Assembly (NCBI GenBank): GCA_001179505.1
Contig: CDMY01000228.1
Location: 96,184-160,183 of the forward strand
Length of the DNA stretch: 64,000 nt
Direction: 5' to 3'
Source: Vitrella brassicaformis CCMP3155
Lineage: Eukaryota; Protista; Chromerida
Shown here: positions 62,335 to 64,000 of the stretch, one piece after another
How the letters are laid out: each line of letters opens with the position of its first letter
Numbering within the stretch: position 1 is the stretch's first letter
Position numbers and translations under genes: made by a program
Notes under the pieces: generated by a model
Told to the model about the DNA's origin: nothing
What the model saw: only the letters and a program-made list of their open reading frames with translations
Database searches by the model: none

Positions 62335-63980
62335 ATGGCCCGCGTTGCGCTCTCTCTGTCCTTCGTTTGCTGCCTGCTTGTCTTCGGCGGCCTCAGCCCA
62401 GTGTGCGGTGGCAATGGCCTCGATGCCGGCGACCCGCAGGTGCTCCAGGAGCTGTTGGCTGACCTCCAGAATTTGCTCGCTCGGGCCGAGAAAGACCGTG
62501 GCACCTTCTTGCGTGCAGCTGATGGTACGTATGAACACGGACAGACGACTCTCTGTCTATGTCTGTGCTTGCTGTTTGAGTGGTGCAGGAGACGGATCGC
62601 GACCTATGGCTGGCCCTAGCTCTGATATCAGTCAGGAAGAGCCCATCGTCGTGGCTCCGATCTTCGAGGGAGTGACGAGCGGCGTCACGCACGCGAAACG
62701 AAAAGCCGAGGTGAGTGAGTGAGTGAGGGCAGACCAGACAGAGCTGATGCTGGTATTTTGATCGAATGGTCTGCAAGTGGTGTTATGTGATGCGATGTGT
62801 GGCTGCTTTCCTCTCCGCGGACCACCCACTGTTCACCCGACAATGCAGGGTATTGGCCATCAATTCACATAGAGTGGCACATACATGGATGAGTGCGTTA
62901 ATGTACGTGTGTTCCTCTCGGCTTCAGATGCGACAGTGGAGGGCTGTACTGGACAACTAAGTGACAACTCGCTCGCATGTGACACCTTTCAAGATGTCTG
63001 CGATCACATGGGGGTTCGTACGACCAGCCAGCCACACGGCACGATGGAAGGACAGCTGAATGTCTTGTGCGCGTGCAGTATAGCTCCATTCCCCACTATG
63101 ATGAATCCTGTTGCTATGCTCCCCCCGTTGGCACCATATTCGGTTGCTGCTGCGAGAGTGCGTCGAGCGCCAGCTTCGTCGCCGAGTGTGGACAGTGGTA
63201 AGCAACAAATCAAGGGCAAAACATGCAGCCAGCCAGCCAGCCAGCACGAGGGAAATGTGTCTGTGGTTTGGATTGATGGACGGACAAATAAATGGCTGCT
63301 GGTTGCTTGCAGTAGCGTGTCCTCTAGACGCAGAGACGGCACGAGCAAAGGCAGCGAGGAGTTGGCCGGCCTGGCGAGAATCGCCGGCGACGTCACGCAC
63401 GCCAAACGGAAGTCCACGGTGAGTGAGTGAGCAGACCGGACAGAGGCTGTGATGTTGGTTGAATTGCCTGTATGCCATGTGATGTTGTGTGTGGCTGTTT
63501 TTCTCTCCCCGACCACCCACTCCTCACCCCACAATGCCCCACAATGCAGGGTATCTGCCATCAGTACACGGCGTGGCACAGAAGTGAATGTGTGTATTTC
63601 TGTATGTGTACACTTTTGTCTCGGCTTCAGATGCGACAGCGGAGGGATGCACCAAACTGGCTAACGGCGACATGGAGTGCGCTACATTCAAAGATGTCTG
63701 CGATTATCACACGGTTCGCACGAGCAGACGCAGGGCACGATGGAGGCAGAGCTGATTGTGTTGTATGCAGTATGACTACGCCAACCTCGTGACGGTCGAC
63801 AATAATGACAGATGCTGCTGTGACCTCGCAAGCCTCACCACCCCTACAACCACAGAAGTCGGTTGCTGCTGCGACGAGAGTGATCCGCCCGACACTTTCC
63901 AGAGCGCCATGTGCGGCACTGCGACAAAAAACCGACGGTTAGTTGCCTACTCACGCAGACAGCTGGCACGATGGAAATAA
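62335..63980 (+). CDS. Secreted protein with signal peptide and two duplicated Cys-rich modules; the 3' end may extend beyond the window
   Basis: MARVALSLSFVCCLLVFGGLSPVCG (signal peptide-like). Two homologous exon-intron units ~708 bp apart, each with VTHAKRK, .AT.EGC..C.TF.DVCD and CC...GCCC...CG. Confidence 0.7.
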
Positions 63981-64000
63981 TGTGTGTGATGTCTGGGATG

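Noticed and set aside
1-64000. CRISPR arrays, rRNA, tRNA, transposase or reverse-transcriptase genes
   Set aside because: No repeat-spacer arrays, cloverleafs or rRNA-like segments, and no RT/integrase/transposase motifs were recognised. The repeats are microsatellites or gene-segment duplications.
1-64000. Dinoflagellate-type spliced-leader relics upstream of genes
   Set aside because: No match to the 22-nt DinoSL sequence was seen near the inferred starts.

Overview
Eukaryotic, intron-dense, GC-rich genomic DNA. ApiAP2-type domains, an FNPA/LAP5-like gene, a plant-type VKOR-thioredoxin gene and short microsatellite-rich introns point to a chromerid alveolate such as Vitrella brassicaformis (inference; no database search was possible). 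About 19 multi-exon or single-exon gene loci were traced by hand. Recognisable genes: ankyrin-TM-RING protein, cystathionine beta-lyase, PFL-activating enzyme, F-box-like protein, D-3-phosphoglycerate dehydrogenase, PHD+3xAP2 factor, ERG28, BTB-TLD-like protein, VKOR/LTO1-like protein, DnaJ-thioredoxin-like protein, 2-methylisocitrate lyase, two copies of an FN2-PA14 (FNPA-like) gene inside a ~5 kb duplication, a probable pseudokinase and a secreted Cys-rich repeat protein. There are also several hypothetical proteins. Two 300-N scaffold gaps are present. No rRNA, tRNA, CRISPR array or transposon was recognised. The most notable sequence-level signals are polarised complementary (CA)n...(TG)n tracts in introns, weak GC-AG donors, a PHD-AP2 fusion, and a novel-looking secreted Cys-rich module. 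Exon boundaries are manual inferences. Most entries in the six-frame ORF track are antisense or microsatellite artefacts.
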